From contig JAOUHF010000001.1 of assembly GCA_029865325.1 (NCBI GenBank), positions 23,569-87,568 on the forward strand: 64,000 bases of DNA, written 5' to 3'. Both the position numbers and the translations under genes were made by a program. This document shows positions 23,059 through 34,457 of this stretch, one piece after another (positions within the stretch are counted from its first letter, which is position 1; each line of letters begins with the position of its first letter). The DNA comes from Thermoleophilia bacterium (GTDB taxonomy: Bacteria > Actinomycetota > Thermoleophilia > Gaiellales > Gaiellaceae). The notes beneath the pieces are model-generated. The model searched no databases, was not told where the DNA came from, and saw only the letters and a list, made by a program, of their open reading frames with translations.

Positions 23059-23463
23059 ATGGCGCCTCCTCGAAGGTCCGCGACTCGGGGTCGCACGCGA
23101 CGCCGGGTCCGGAAGAACATCGCCATTGGCCAGGCGCACATCAAGACGTCCTTCAACAACACGATCGTCACGCTGACCGACGGCGAAGGCAACGTCATCG
23201 TCTGGGAGTCGGCTGGCTCCGCCGGCTTCAAGGGCTCGCGCAAATCCACTCCGTTCGCGGCGCAGGTGACCGCCGACAACGCCGCGCGCAAGGGGATGGA
23301 GCACGGGCTTCAGAAGGTCGACGTGTTCGTGAAGGGCCCCGGCTCGGGGCGAGAGACAGCGATCCGCTCCTTGCAGGCGGCCGGTCTCGAGATCATCGGC
23401 GTTACCGACGTCACGCCGCAGGCTCACAACGGTGTGCGGCAGCGCAAGCGGAGAAGGGTCTAG
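23059..23463 (+). CDS. rpsK: 30S ribosomal protein S11
   Basis: [20 protein letters not shown]...[19 protein letters not shown]...[16 protein letters not shown]. Confidence 0.97.
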   Translation: MAPPRRSATRGRTRRRVRKNIAIGQAHIKTSFNNTIVTLTDGEGNVIVWESAGSAGFKGSRKSTPFAAQVTADNAARKGMEHGLQKVDVFVKGPGSGRETAIRSLQAAGLEIIGVTDVTPQAHNGVRQRKRRRV

Positions 23464-23467
23464 ACGC

Positions 23468-24088
23468 ATGGCTCGAGACGTCGGACCGAAGTGCCGGCTC
23501 TGCCGGCGCGAAGGCCTCAAGCTCTTCCTGAAGGGCGAGCGCTGCCTGACCGAGAAGTGCGCTGTCGAGCGGAGGAGCTATCCGCCGGGTGAGCACGGCC
23601 GCGGGCGCATCAAGCAGAGCCAGTATCTGCTCCAGCTCCGCGAGAAGCAGAAGGCGCGCCGCTACTACGGCCTGCTCGAGAAGCAGTTTCGCTCGACGTA
23701 CGAGAAGGCCGCCCGCGGGCACGGCGCTCCCGGCGAGAACCTCCTGCGGATGCTCGAGACGCGTCTCGACAACGTCGTCTATCGGCTCGGCTTCGCCGGC
23801 TCGCGGGCCCAGGCCCGCCAACTAGTGCGCCACGGGCACTTCCAGGTCAACGGCCGGCGCGTGAACATCCCGAGCTACACCGTCCGGCCGAGCGACGTCG
23901 TCTCGATCAAGCAGGGGAGCCCCGTCGAGCAACTCGTTCGCGACGCTACCGATCTCACCGCGGCGGTCGCTCCCTGGCTCCAGGCCGACCACGACGGGCT
24001 CACGGGCACTGTGCTCAAGTGGCCCGAGCGCGACGAGATCGACGCCCCTGTGCAGGAGTCATTGATCGTCGAGCTCTATTCCAAGTAG
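23468..24088 (+). CDS. rpsD: 30S ribosomal protein S4
   Basis: [48 protein letters not shown]4 domain [16 protein letters not shown]. Confidence 0.97.
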   Translation: MARDVGPKCRLCRREGLKLFLKGERCLTEKCAVERRSYPPGEHGRGRIKQSQYLLQLREKQKARRYYGLLEKQFRSTYEKAARGHGAPGENLLRMLETRLDNVVYRLGFAGSRAQARQLVRHGHFQVNGRRVNIPSYTVRPSDVVSIKQGSPVEQLVRDATDLTAAVAPWLQADHDGLTGTVLKWPERDEIDAPVQESLIVELYSK

Positions 24089-24091
24089 TAG

Positions 24092-24111
24092 GGGGCGGGC
24101 ATGCCCGCCCC
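24092..24111 (+). other. 20-nt perfect palindrome / hairpin between rpsD and rpoA
   Basis: GGGGCGGGCATGCCCGCCCC, 4 nt after the rpsD stop. No U-tract. Confidence 0.5.
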
Positions 24112-24139
24112 TGAGTGACACGAACACGAAAGGATCACC

Positions 24140-25111
24140 TTGGCCACACGAACAAGCTTGATGGAGTTCCAGATCCCGAGAATCGTCCACGAGGATGCCG
24201 ACGACCACCGCGGCGTCTTCGCGATCGAGCCGCTCGACCGCGGCTTCGGTCACACCTTCGGAAACTCGCTTCGTCGCGTTCTGCTCTCCTCGCTCGAGGG
24301 TGCGGCCGTGACCGCCGTGAAGATCGAGGGCGTTGCCCACGAGTTCACGACCTTGACCGGCGTCCGCGAGGACGTCACCGACATCATCCTCAACCTGAAG
24401 AACCTCATCGTTCGCCTCCACGGCGCGTCCCCCGAGGTCGAGGTGTACATCGCCAAGAAGGGCGCCGGCGCTGTGACGGCCGCCGACATCGAGGCTCCCG
24501 CCGACCTCGAGATCCTGAACCCGGAGCTCGAGATCGCGCATGTCTCCGACAAGGGCAAGCTCGAGATAACCCTCACGATCGGGCGCGGCCGGGGCTACGT
24601 CCCCGCCGAGCTGAACCGCGGCCCGGAGACGACGATCGGAGTGATCCCGATCGACTCGATCTTCTCTCCTGTCCGGCGTGTCGCGTACGAGGTGGAGGCC
24701 GCGCGAGTCGGCCAGCGGACGGACTACGACAAGCTCGTCCTCGACGTCACCACCGACGGCTCGCTCGATCCGCGAGACGCGATTGGGCAGGCGGCCGAAA
24801 TCCTCATCCGCCAGCTCGCGATCTTCACCGATCTCGACTCGATCGAAGGCTTCGGCGAGGCCACGGCCGAAGCTGCCGCCGATGCTCCCGTCATGCACGG
24901 AATGGAAAACTTCCCGATCGAGGAGCTCGAGCTCGGAGTCCGCTCGTACAACTGCCTCAAGCGAGTCGGGATCGAGACCATTGGCGATCTCACCTCCAAG
25001 TCGGAGAACGAGCTCGTCGCGATACCGAACTTCGGTCGCAAGTCGATCGAGGAGGTCCGGTCGGCACTCGGCGCTCACGGGCTGACGCTCAAGGGCGAGG
25101 AGATCGTCTAG
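24140..25111 (+). CDS. rpoA: DNA-directed RNA polymerase subunit alpha
   Basis: [39 protein letters not shown] and C-terminal domain [25 protein letters not shown] 24140 or ATG 24161 start. Confidence 0.97.
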   Translation: MATRTSLMEFQIPRIVHEDADDHRGVFAIEPLDRGFGHTFGNSLRRVLLSSLEGAAVTAVKIEGVAHEFTTLTGVREDVTDIILNLKNLIVRLHGASPEVEVYIAKKGAGAVTAADIEAPADLEILNPELEIAHVSDKGKLEITLTIGRGRGYVPAELNRGPETTIGVIPIDSIFSPVRRVAYEVEAARVGQRTDYDKLVLDVTTDGSLDPRDAIGQAAEILIRQLAIFTDLDSIEGFGEATAEAAADAPVMHGMENFPIEELELGVRSYNCLKRVGIETIGDLTSKSENELVAIPNFGRKSIEEVRSALGAHGLTLKGEEIV

Positions 25112-25115
25112 GGAA

Positions 25116-25535
25116 ATGCGACACCAGCGGTCCGGCAAGAAGCTCGGGCGGTCCCCCGCTCATCGCAAGGCGCTCTACTCGAATCTCGCAGGCGCCCTGA
25201 TCGAGCACGGCCGGATCTCGACGACTGAGGCCAAGGCGAAAGCGGTCAAGCCGTTCGCCGAGAAGATGATCACGTTGGGCAAGCGCGGCGATCTCCATGC
25301 CCGCCGGCAGGCGCTCGCCGCGCTTCGCTCGAACCACGTCGTGCATCGCCTGTTCGCGGACATCGCGCCGCGTTTTGCCGAGCGGCCGGGCGGCTACACG
25401 CGCATCGTCCGGCTGGGACAACGGCAGGGCGATGCGGCCGAGATGGTCTACCTCGAGCTCGTCGATTACGAGCCGGTTGCGACACCGTTCGCTGCTGCTC
25501 GCGCCCAGCGAGAAGAGACCACGCCAGAGCCGTAG
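25116..25535 (+). CDS. rplQ: 50S ribosomal protein L17
   Basis: [38 protein letters not shown]...[16 protein letters not shown]. Confidence 0.97.
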   Translation: MRHQRSGKKLGRSPAHRKALYSNLAGALIEHGRISTTEAKAKAVKPFAEKMITLGKRGDLHARRQALAALRSNHVVHRLFADIAPRFAERPGGYTRIVRLGQRQGDAAEMVYLELVDYEPVATPFAAARAQREETTPEP

Positions 25536-25564
25536 CTCAACGCCGCCGGGAGTACGCTGACCGC

Positions 25565-25885
25565 GTGCTCCTCCTGATCGGCGTGCTCCTCGCGATCTTG
25601 GTTCTTCCCTCCCCGTGGGGACTCGTCGTGATCGCGGTTGCGGCTGCGCTCGACATCACGGAGACGGGCGCGTTCCTGTGGTGGTCGAAACGTCGGAGAG
25701 CCAGTGTCGGTGTCGATACGTTCGTCGGCAAGGTTGGCGTCGCCGTTGGCGAACTGTGGCCAGAGGGCCAGGTGAAGGTGAGCGGCGAGATCTGGAATGC
25801 CCGCTGTGACGGAGGCTGTGAGACTGGAACGAGGGTCGTCGTGCGTGCGGTCGACGGCCTGACGCTCGAGGTCGAGCCGGTGTAG
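25565..25885 (+). CDS. NfeD-like membrane protein (TM segments plus C-terminal OB-fold)
   Basis: Two N-terminal hydrophobic helices, then GKVGVAVGELWPEGQVKVSGEIWNARC...GTRVVVRAVDGLTLEVEPV, typical of the NfeD C-terminal domain. Confidence 0.7.
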   Translation: MLLLIGVLLAILVLPSPWGLVVIAVAAALDITETGAFLWWSKRRRASVGVDTFVGKVGVAVGELWPEGQVKVSGEIWNARCDGGCETGTRVVVRAVDGLTLEVEPV

Positions 25886-25948
25886 CCCCGTCCCGAGGCG
25901 CGCGAGCTCCAGCAGCAATCCGAAGCTTGCCCTGGCCATGATGTCACC

Positions 25949-26680
25949 GTGAAGCTCAAACTCACGCTCGAATACGACGGTGCTAGCTTTCGTGGTTGGG
26001 CTCGTCAACCCGGCGAGCGGACGGTCGAGGGAGTCGTGCGCGAAGCGCTCGCTGCGGTTTACCCGAGCTGGGAGGGACTCGTCGTCGCTGGTCGCACCGA
26101 CACCGGAGTCCACGCGACGGGTCAGGTTGCGAGTGTCGACGTCGAAGGAGGCCCGCCGCCCGAACGAGCCAGCGAGGCGCTGAACGCCGACCTTCCCGAA
26201 GACGTCGCCGTTCTGCGTGCCGAGGAGATGGGCGCGGAGTTCCACGCCCGCTTCTCGGCACGATCCCGGTCTTACCGCTACCGGGTGCTAGCCCGTCCGA
26301 CGCGCGCGCCGCTCGAGGCTGGGCGAGTTCTGTGGTGGCCTCGCCCCCTTGATCTCGAAGCACTTTCGGCTGCCGCGGCGCTCCTCCCCGGAACTCACGA
26401 CTTCCGGGCGTTCACTCCGACCGGGGCGCGATACGAGGTGTTCCGGCGGAATGTGAACGCTGCGCAGTGGACCGTCGAGGGCGATCGTTGTGACTTCACG
26501 ATCACGGCCGAGAGCTTCCTGCGGCACATGGTGAGGACGCTCGTCGGGACGATGCTCGAGTCGGGCCCCGACGCACCGGATCGCTTGGCGACGCTCCTCC
26601 TCGGCCGACCTCGCAGTGAGGCCGGTCTCACTGCCGCGCCGTGGGGCCTCTATCTGGAGCAGGTCGAGTACGACGCTTAG
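25949..26680 (+). CDS. truA: tRNA pseudouridine(38-40) synthase
   Basis: LTLEYDGASFRGWARQPG, AGRTDTGVHATGQVASVDV catalytic Asp motif, FLRHMVR. Canonical position after rplQ. Confidence 0.94.
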   Translation: MKLKLTLEYDGASFRGWARQPGERTVEGVVREALAAVYPSWEGLVVAGRTDTGVHATGQVASVDVEGGPPPERASEALNADLPEDVAVLRAEEMGAEFHARFSARSRSYRYRVLARPTRAPLEAGRVLWWPRPLDLEALSAAAALLPGTHDFRAFTPTGARYEVFRRNVNAAQWTVEGDRCDFTITAESFLRHMVRTLVGTMLESGPDAPDRLATLLLGRPRSEAGLTAAPWGLYLEQVEYDA

Positions 26681-26704
26681 GGGGTCCGGCTAAGCCGGAC
26701 CCCA
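26681..26704 (+). terminator. Hairpin directly after truA stop
   Basis: 10-bp perfect stem GGGGTCCGGC/GCCGGACCCC with loop TAAG-like centre. No U-tract. Confidence 0.45.
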
Positions 26705-26713
26705 GCTCGTGGC

Positions 26714-26719
26714 TACGAT
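26714..26719 (+). promoter_or_regulatory. Candidate -10 box (TACGAT) for a leaderless HAD-hydrolase mRNA
   Basis: TACGAT ends 6 nt before ATG 26726. No Shine-Dalgarno in between. Confidence 0.3.
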
Positions 26720-26725
26720 CGCCGA

Positions 26726-29375
<2,650 letters not shown>

Positions 29376-29414
29376 AACCGGCGCGACGCGATCCAGAGCA
29401 GGCGTCCGCTTGGT

Positions 29415-29798
29415 CTAGCGGTAGACGGTGATCGTCACGGTGCGGCGGCCCCATTTGCGAGCCGCAGCCGTGGTCGGGAACCAAAGGTCGATGATCCGGC
29501 CCTTGATCGCGTACCCGACGTCCGCAGCTAGACCACGGCCATAACCGGGAACGTGCAGACGTGTTCCGAGTGGAATCAACGTTGGATCGACGGCGACGAC
29601 ACCTCTGCGGACGCGTACTCCGAGGGCTGTGTTGCCCGGTAGGTGATACGCCACCGCGTCGACCTTCAGTCGGTAGGGAGCATGGGACGTTGGCTGGCCG
29701 AGTGCGGAACCTCCGCTTGCCGCAACCGCTCCCAGGACCGCAACGAGCACCGGTCCCCACCTTCGGATTCCCCTACCCACGAGGGCGGACCCTAACAT
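29415..29798 (-). CDS. Secreted 3D-domain (RlpA/MltA-like double-psi barrel) protein
   Basis: ATG 29798 gives a 127-aa protein with signal/TM WGPVLVAVLGAVAASGGSA and C-terminal GVVAVDPTLIPLGTRLHVPGYG...D.G.AIKGRIIDLWF. The tracked ORF is extended upstream to 30086. Confidence 0.75.
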   Translation of the reverse strand: MLGSALVGRGIRRWGPVLVAVLGAVAASGGSALGQPTSHAPYRLKVDAVAYHLPGNTALGVRVRRGVVAVDPTLIPLGTRLHVPGYGRGLAADVGYAIKGRIIDLWFPTTAAARKWGRRTVTITVYR

Positions 29799-29860
29799 AG
29801 CCCGCGATTTGTGCGAGGTGGCGAAGGGGCACTCTGTAGAGATTTTGGCTCTGTTGAGGG

Positions 29861-29889
29861 TTGCACGCGTCCGCCGAGGCTGGTAGCGT
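29861..29889 (+). promoter_or_regulatory. Candidate promoter TTGCAC-17-TAGCGT upstream of the NlpC/P60 gene
   Basis: -35 at 29861-29866, -10 at 29884-29889, ending 9 nt before GTG 29899 (near-leaderless). Confidence 0.3.
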
Positions 29890-29898
29890 GCTGCACTT

Positions 29899-31074
29899 GT
29901 GACGGGCCAGACCGCCACCGGCGGCTCTGTTCGGGACCAAAGCGGGGCTCGATTCAGGAGCTCCCACACCGGATGGACGCCGATAGTCGTTTTCCTCGCG
30001 GCTCTAGCCGCCGGGCTGCTGCTTGCCGTCGGACCGGCGGCGGCCGATCCGATCGGGTCGAAGCGCGCGCAAGCGGAGGCCATCATGGCCGAGGTGCAGC
30101 TGCTCGATTCGAGCCTCGCGAAGTCGATCGAGGCCTACAACTACGCGGACGTGGAGCTCGATCGCATCGACCAGGAGTTGGTGTCGAACGGGAGGCACCT
30201 CGTGGCGGCCCGAAAGAGCCTCGCCGTCGCGCAGGGGCGGATCGCAGAGCGCCTCCGCGATCTTTATGTGAACGGCGAGAGTGACTCCACCCTCGAGGTG
30301 ATCCTCGGCTCGCAGAGCCTCGACGACATCATCGCGCGGCTCGACGCGATCGAGCGGGTTTCTAGCCAGGACGCAGGGATCTTGAAGACCGTCAAGACGT
30401 ACCGCAAGGAGGTCGAAACGCGTCGTGCACGGCTCCAAGAGGCCCGCGCAGATCAGGCGCGAATCGTCAGCGAGCGCGGCGCGCAGAAGGCGTCGATCGA
30501 AAGTCGCCTCGCGGATAGGCAGCAGCTCCTCGCATCGGTCAAGGACGAGATCGTCCAGATCCAGGCCGAGGAGCGGGCGCGCCAGGCGTCGTTGGCCGCG
30601 CAGGCCCGTGCTCGAGTTCAGGCGCAGCAGCTCGCGGCGCAGGCCCAGCAGGACACTGCCCAGGCGGCCTACGACAACTCTTTGGTCGCCCCGGTTTACG
30701 ACGCGGACGTTCCGGCTGCGCGCTACTCGCACGTCGTGTCGATCGCGCTCCAGTACCTCGGCGTGCCGTACGTCTGGGGCGGCTCGAGCCCGGCGACCGG
30801 TTTCGACTGCTCGGGCTTCATCATGTACGTCTTCGCTCAGGTCGGTGTTTCGCTGCCGCACCATGCGGCGTCCCAGTTCGCTTACGGTACGCCTGTCTCG
30901 CGCGATCAGCTTGCCGCGGGTGATCTCGTCTTCTTCGACGGCCTCGGCCACGCCGGCATCTACATCGGCGGCGGTCAGTTCGTGCATGCGCCGCACACGG
31001 GCGACGTGGTCAAGATCTCGAGCATCTACGACTCCTGGTACGCCGCCACCTGGGTCGGCGGCCGCAGGCTCTAA
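29899..31074 (+). CDS. RipA-like peptidoglycan endopeptidase (coiled-coil plus C-terminal NlpC/P60 domain)
   Basis: Signal/TM; long heptad-rich region. C-terminal YLGVPYVWGGSSPATGFDCSGFIMYVF...GDLVFF...HAGIYIGGGQFVHAP (Cys-His NlpC/P60 catalytic pattern). Confidence 0.9.
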   Translation: MTGQTATGGSVRDQSGARFRSSHTGWTPIVVFLAALAAGLLLAVGPAAADPIGSKRAQAEAIMAEVQLLDSSLAKSIEAYNYADVELDRIDQELVSNGRHLVAARKSLAVAQGRIAERLRDLYVNGESDSTLEVILGSQSLDDIIARLDAIERVSSQDAGILKTVKTYRKEVETRRARLQEARADQARIVSERGAQKASIESRLADRQQLLASVKDEIVQIQAEERARQASLAAQARARVQAQQLAAQAQQDTAQAAYDNSLVAPVYDADVPAARYSHVVSIALQYLGVPYVWGGSSPATGFDCSGFIMYVFAQVGVSLPHHAASQFAYGTPVSRDQLAAGDLVFFDGLGHAGIYIGGGQFVHAPHTGDVVKISSIYDSWYAATWVGGRRL

Positions 31075-31077
31075 CCC

Positions 31078-32913
31078 CTAGCCGCCGACGTCCTCCGTCC
31101 GCCGAGCGTCCGCCTCGGCGTAGAGCGCCTCGATCTCCTCGGCGAAGTGTTCCTGGACAGCGCGTCGTCGGAGCTTCAGGGTCGGCGTGATCTCGCCGTC
31201 TGCCATTGTGAAGTCCCGCGGGAGGATCGCGAACCGCTTGATCTGCTCGAAGCGCGAGCGCTCGGCGTTAGCGGCGTCGACGACCCCTTGGAGGAGATCT
31301 CGAACGCGCTGGTCGGCGGCGAGCGAGGTGGCATCACTCTCGATCCCCTCCGACGACGCCCAGCGGCCGATCTCGTCGGGATCAAGCGTGACGAGCGCGG
31401 CGACGTAGGGACGCTCGTCACCGACGACGAGCGCCTGGGAGACGTACTGCGACATCTTCAGCTCGTTCTCGATGTTCTGCGGTGCGACGTTCTTGCCGCC
31501 GGCGGTGACGAGGATGTCCTTTTTGCGGTCCGTGATCCGCAAGAAGCCGTCAGCGTCGAGGTCGCCGATGTCACCGGTTCGCAGCCAGCCGTCGGAGGCC
31601 AGGACAGCGGCCGTGGCCTCCTCGTCCTTGAAGTACCCCTGGAACACGGTTTCGCTGCGAACGAGGATCTCGCCGTCGTCTGCGATCGCGATCTCGAAAC
31701 CGGGAAGCGGGCGTCCGACCGTTCCGAAGCGATAGACGTCGGGTCGGTTCGTGCTGCAGGCGGTCGTGCACTCGGTGAGGCCGTACCCCTCGACGATCCG
31801 GACTCCGATCGCGTCGAAGAACTCGGCTATCTCTCTCGCCAGCGGGGCCCCACCGGAGATCGGGATCCTCAGGCGCCCACCGAGCTTCGCTCGCACTTTG
31901 CTGAAGACCAGCTTGTCGGCGATGCGATGCCGAGCCCTCAGACCTACCGGAACCGCCTTCCCTTCGCCCTCGAGTCGGCTGACCTCGCGACCGACCGGAA
32001 GCGCCCAGTTGATGAGTCGCCGCTTCGCTCCGGCCGCCTCGTCGAAGCGGGCCTGGGCAGCTGAATGAACCTTCTCGTATGCGCGCGGGACGCTCGGCAG
32101 GACGGTCGGACGCACCTGCAGGAGCGCCTCGCCGAGGCGCAATGGGTCGGCCAGGAACGCAATCGGGAAGCCGACATACGCGCCGGTCAGGAGCATCAGC
32201 CGTCCGAAGTTGTGCGCGAGTGGGAGGTACAGCAGCATCAGATCGTCGGCGTGGTAGTAGCTGTCCATCTCGTCGACCACGCTCACCATCGCGTAGTAGT
32301 TGCGATGGCTCAGCATGCAGCCCTTCGGCGGTCCGGTCGTCCCCGACGTGTAGATGATCGTGAAGAGGTCGTCTTCCGCGATCGCTGCCGATGCGTCCTC
32401 GAGCGCCGTCGGATTGGCTGCGGCGAAGTCGCGTCCGTGAGCGGCCAGACCGTCGAGGTCGTGGTACGTGAAAACGTGCTGGAGCGAGGCCAGCTCGGCA
32501 GAGACGGCCTCGACTTTGGCCAGCTGCTCCGCGTCTTCGCAGACGATCCCGACGGCCTCCGAGTGGGTGAGGAGGTAGCCGACGTCTCGTGTCGAGCTGG
32601 ACGCGTACACAGGCACGCCAACCGCTCCGATCTGCGCGAACGCGAAGTCGATGAGCGCCCAATCCAGACTGTTGCGCGCGAGGATGGCGAACGGGTCTCC
32701 CTTCCGCACGCCGCGCGCGAGGAGCCCGTTGGCGTACGCGCGCACGCGCTCGTCAGCGTCGCGCCACGAGACCTCGGTCCAGCCGTCCTCGGTCTCGACG
32801 AGATAGGCGGTGCCCAATCGTTCTGCTGCGACCGCGTCACGCCAGAGCCGAGCGATCGTTCGCCGGGCACCCGACGGGCGAGTCTCACTTGCTGCAGAGG
32901 CCGTCTCGGTCAC
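31078..32913 (-). CDS. Long-chain-fatty-acid--CoA ligase (AMP-dependent synthetase)
   Basis: AMP-binding motif IIYTSGTTGPPKG, GYGLTE, TGDIG, DRKKDI. GTG 32913 chosen; the tracked ORF extends to 33153 across the Ku start. Confidence 0.9.
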   Translation of the reverse strand: MTETASAASETRPSGARRTIARLWRDAVAAERLGTAYLVETEDGWTEVSWRDADERVRAYANGLLARGVRKGDPFAILARNSLDWALIDFAFAQIGAVGVPVYASSSTRDVGYLLTHSEAVGIVCEDAEQLAKVEAVSAELASLQHVFTYHDLDGLAAHGRDFAAANPTALEDASAAIAEDDLFTIIYTSGTTGPPKGCMLSHRNYYAMVSVVDEMDSYYHADDLMLLYLPLAHNFGRLMLLTGAYVGFPIAFLADPLRLGEALLQVRPTVLPSVPRAYEKVHSAAQARFDEAAGAKRRLINWALPVGREVSRLEGEGKAVPVGLRARHRIADKLVFSKVRAKLGGRLRIPISGGAPLAREIAEFFDAIGVRIVEGYGLTECTTACSTNRPDVYRFGTVGRPLPGFEIAIADDGEILVRSETVFQGYFKDEEATAAVLASDGWLRTGDIGDLDADGFLRITDRKKDILVTAGGKNVAPQNIENELKMSQYVSQALVVGDERPYVAALVTLDPDEIGRWASSEGIESDATSLAADQRVRDLLQGVVDAANAERSRFEQIKRFAILPRDFTMADGEITPTLKLRRRAVQEHFAEEIEALYAEADARRTEDVGG

Positions 32914-32988
32914 GTCTCTGAGCTTAGAGATTCGAGAGGGGTTCGTCCGCTCGAGACGAATGGGGCTGGTCCCTCTACAGTTTTCATC

Positions 32989-33837
32989 ATGCGCACAACC
33001 TGGAACGGCTCCCTCAGCTTCGGCCTTGTCTCGATCCCCGTCGGCCTCGCGCCGGCGACCAAGTCGGCTGCTCGTCAGTCGGACGTCTCCTTCCGGCTCC
33101 TGCACCGCGAGTGCTCGACGCCGATCAAACAGAAGCGCTGGTGCCCGACCCACGATCGCGAGGTCTCACAGGGCGAGATCGTGCGCGGCTTCGAGGTCAC
33201 GAAGGGGCAGTTCCTGATCGTCGAGGACGGTGATCTCGAAGAGATTGAACGCTCCGACGACTCGCGCTCGATCGAGATCACCAGGTTCGTCTCCGAGGAG
33301 GCGGTCGACCCGGTCTACTTCGACCGCACGTATTTCCTCGTGCCCGCCTCGGGCACCGCGCAGCGCCGTCCCTACGTGCTCCTGCTCGAGGCGATGCGGC
33401 AGACCGGAACGGCCGCTTTGGGACGCTTCGTCCGGGCTGGACGCGAGAGCCTCTGCCTCGTGCGCGCGAAAGGCGACGCACTTGCGCTGGAGACGCTGTT
33501 CCTCGCAGAGGACGTGCACTCGCAGGCGGAGATCTCCGAGGCCGTCGAGAGCACCGAGGTCAAGAAGTCCGAGCTCGAGCTCGCGCACCAGGTCATCGAG
33601 ACTCTCGCCGGGGAGTTCGAACCGTCCGAGCTCGCCAGTGAGTACCGGCGCGACCTGCGCGCTCTGCTCGAGGCCAAGCTGAGCGGGGAGGAGCTCGCGG
33701 TGCCGGAGCCCGTGGTCGTCGCACCCGCGATCGATCTCATGGAGGCCCTCAAGGCCAGCGTTGCGGCGGCGAAGAAGGGATCCGGGGAGCCCGACAAGCC
33801 GGCGCGAGCCAAGAAGGCGCGCGCCCGGGCTCGATAA
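32989..33837 (+). CDS. ku: Non-homologous end joining protein Ku
   Basis: MRTTWNGSLSFGLVSIPVGLAPAT, YFDRTYFLVP, C-terminal Lys/Arg tail. -10-like TACAGT ends 7 nt before the ATG. The tracked ORF (32065-) is an antisense-of-fadD extension. Confidence 0.93.
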   Translation: MRTTWNGSLSFGLVSIPVGLAPATKSAARQSDVSFRLLHRECSTPIKQKRWCPTHDREVSQGEIVRGFEVTKGQFLIVEDGDLEEIERSDDSRSIEITRFVSEEAVDPVYFDRTYFLVPASGTAQRRPYVLLLEAMRQTGTAALGRFVRAGRESLCLVRAKGDALALETLFLAEDVHSQAEISEAVESTEVKKSELELAHQVIETLAGEFEPSELASEYRRDLRALLEAKLSGEELAVPEPVVVAPAIDLMEALKASVAAAKKGSGEPDKPARAKKARARAR

Positions 33838-33847
33838 GAGAACAACG

Positions 33848-34024
33848 CTACGACTGCGAGGACGTGGCGCCCGCGCCGACCGCCTCGAGCGACGCCTGGA
33901 AGAGCGTCTTGTCGATCTTGCCTTGGTAGATCGGCACACCTTCCTCAAGGCAGATGCGGATGACCTCCTCGCGGTCCATCCCCGCCTCCTTCGCGAGCTC
34001 TTCAGGCGTCAGGTGGTTGGGCAT
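33848..34024 (-). CDS. 58-aa hypothetical protein, HTH-like (absent from ORF track)
   Basis: Own translation MPNHLTPEELAKEAGMDREEVIRICLEEGVPIYQGKIDKTLFQASLEAVGAGATSSQS. Strong SD GAAGGAGG 6-7 nt upstream of the ATG. G+C-rich third positions. Confidence 0.6.
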   Translation of the reverse strand: MPNHLTPEELAKEAGMDREEVIRICLEEGVPIYQGKIDKTLFQASLEAVGAGATSSQS

Positions 34025-34043
34025 TCGTACCTCCTTCGGGCAA

Positions 34044-34081
34044 TAAAAAAAGCCCGCCAGCGCGAATCGCGCAGTCGGGCT
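34044..34081 (-). terminator. Intrinsic terminator / attenuator hairpin with U7 tract, immediately upstream of the 58-aa ORF SD
   Basis: Minus strand GCCCGACTGCGCG-ATTC-GCGCTGGCGGGC followed by TTTTTTT; ends about 10 nt before the SD. Confidence 0.55.
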
Positions 34082-34144
34082 CGGGTCAATCTCTTCTCAG
34101 GCGGGTCAACCGGCCCGCCTCTCGAGAGCTTCCGTCACGGTCAG

Positions 34145-34174
34145 AGCATACTGCGGGTCCGGCGGGTCGTGCAA
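34145..34174 (-). promoter_or_regulatory. Candidate promoter TTGCAC-18-TATGCT (minus strand)
   Basis: -35 at 34174-34169, -10 at 34150-34145. It would start a ~95-nt leader/sRNA containing hairpin 34099-34120 and the terminator. Confidence 0.35.
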
Positions 34175-34230
34175 TGCCTTCGGGACATCGTCGGCCACGT
34201 TCTTTCCGAGCCGGTACCCTTTCCCGCGCT

Positions 34231-34304
34231 CGGGGTGTGGCGCAGCCTGGTAGCGCGCTCCGTTCGGGTCGGAGAGGCCCCCAGTTCGAATCTGGGCACC
34301 CCGA
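34231..34304 (+). tRNA. tRNA-Pro (anticodon CGG)
   Basis: Manual cloverleaf: acceptor CGGGGTG/CACCCCG, D stem GCGC/GCGC, anticodon stem CTCCG/CGGAG with loop TTCGGGT, T arm CCCAG-TTCGAAT-CTGGG, discriminator A. CCA not encoded. Confidence 0.93.
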
Positions 34305-34310
34305 TTCATC

Positions 34311-34338
34311 GGCGGGGGAAACGATGTTTTCCCCCGCC
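34311..34338 (+). terminator. Hairpin after tRNA-Pro followed by C/T-rich tract
   Basis: 11-bp stem GGCGGGGGAAA/TTTCCCCCGCC with 6-nt loop, followed by TGCCCCCCTTCCTTTCCTTTTC. Confidence 0.5.
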
Positions 34339-34457
34339 TGCCCCCCTTCCTTTCCTTTTCGCGCCGTCCAGAGACCCGTGCTTGGCCTCCCGTTCGGCTG
34401 AGCCGACCTCCGGCCCTCGATCCCGGTGCACTCTCGGGCGCGGGCTATCCTCGGTCC

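Noticed and set aside
29799-29898. c-di-AMP (ydaO-type) riboswitch upstream of the cell-wall hydrolase genes.
   Set aside because: The shared intergenic region is only 100 nt. On neither strand did I see the paired, pseudo-symmetric helices or conserved ACGGGGA/CCCA-type segments.
32065-33837. 590-aa tracked ORF containing Ku.
   Set aside because: The upstream 308 aa are antisense to the acyl-CoA synthetase gene. The canonical Ku N-terminus MRTTWNGSLSFGLV begins at ATG 32989.
34106-34309. 67-aa minus-strand ORF.
   Set aside because: It overlaps tRNA-Pro and the tRNA promoter region and has no SD, so it is an artefact.
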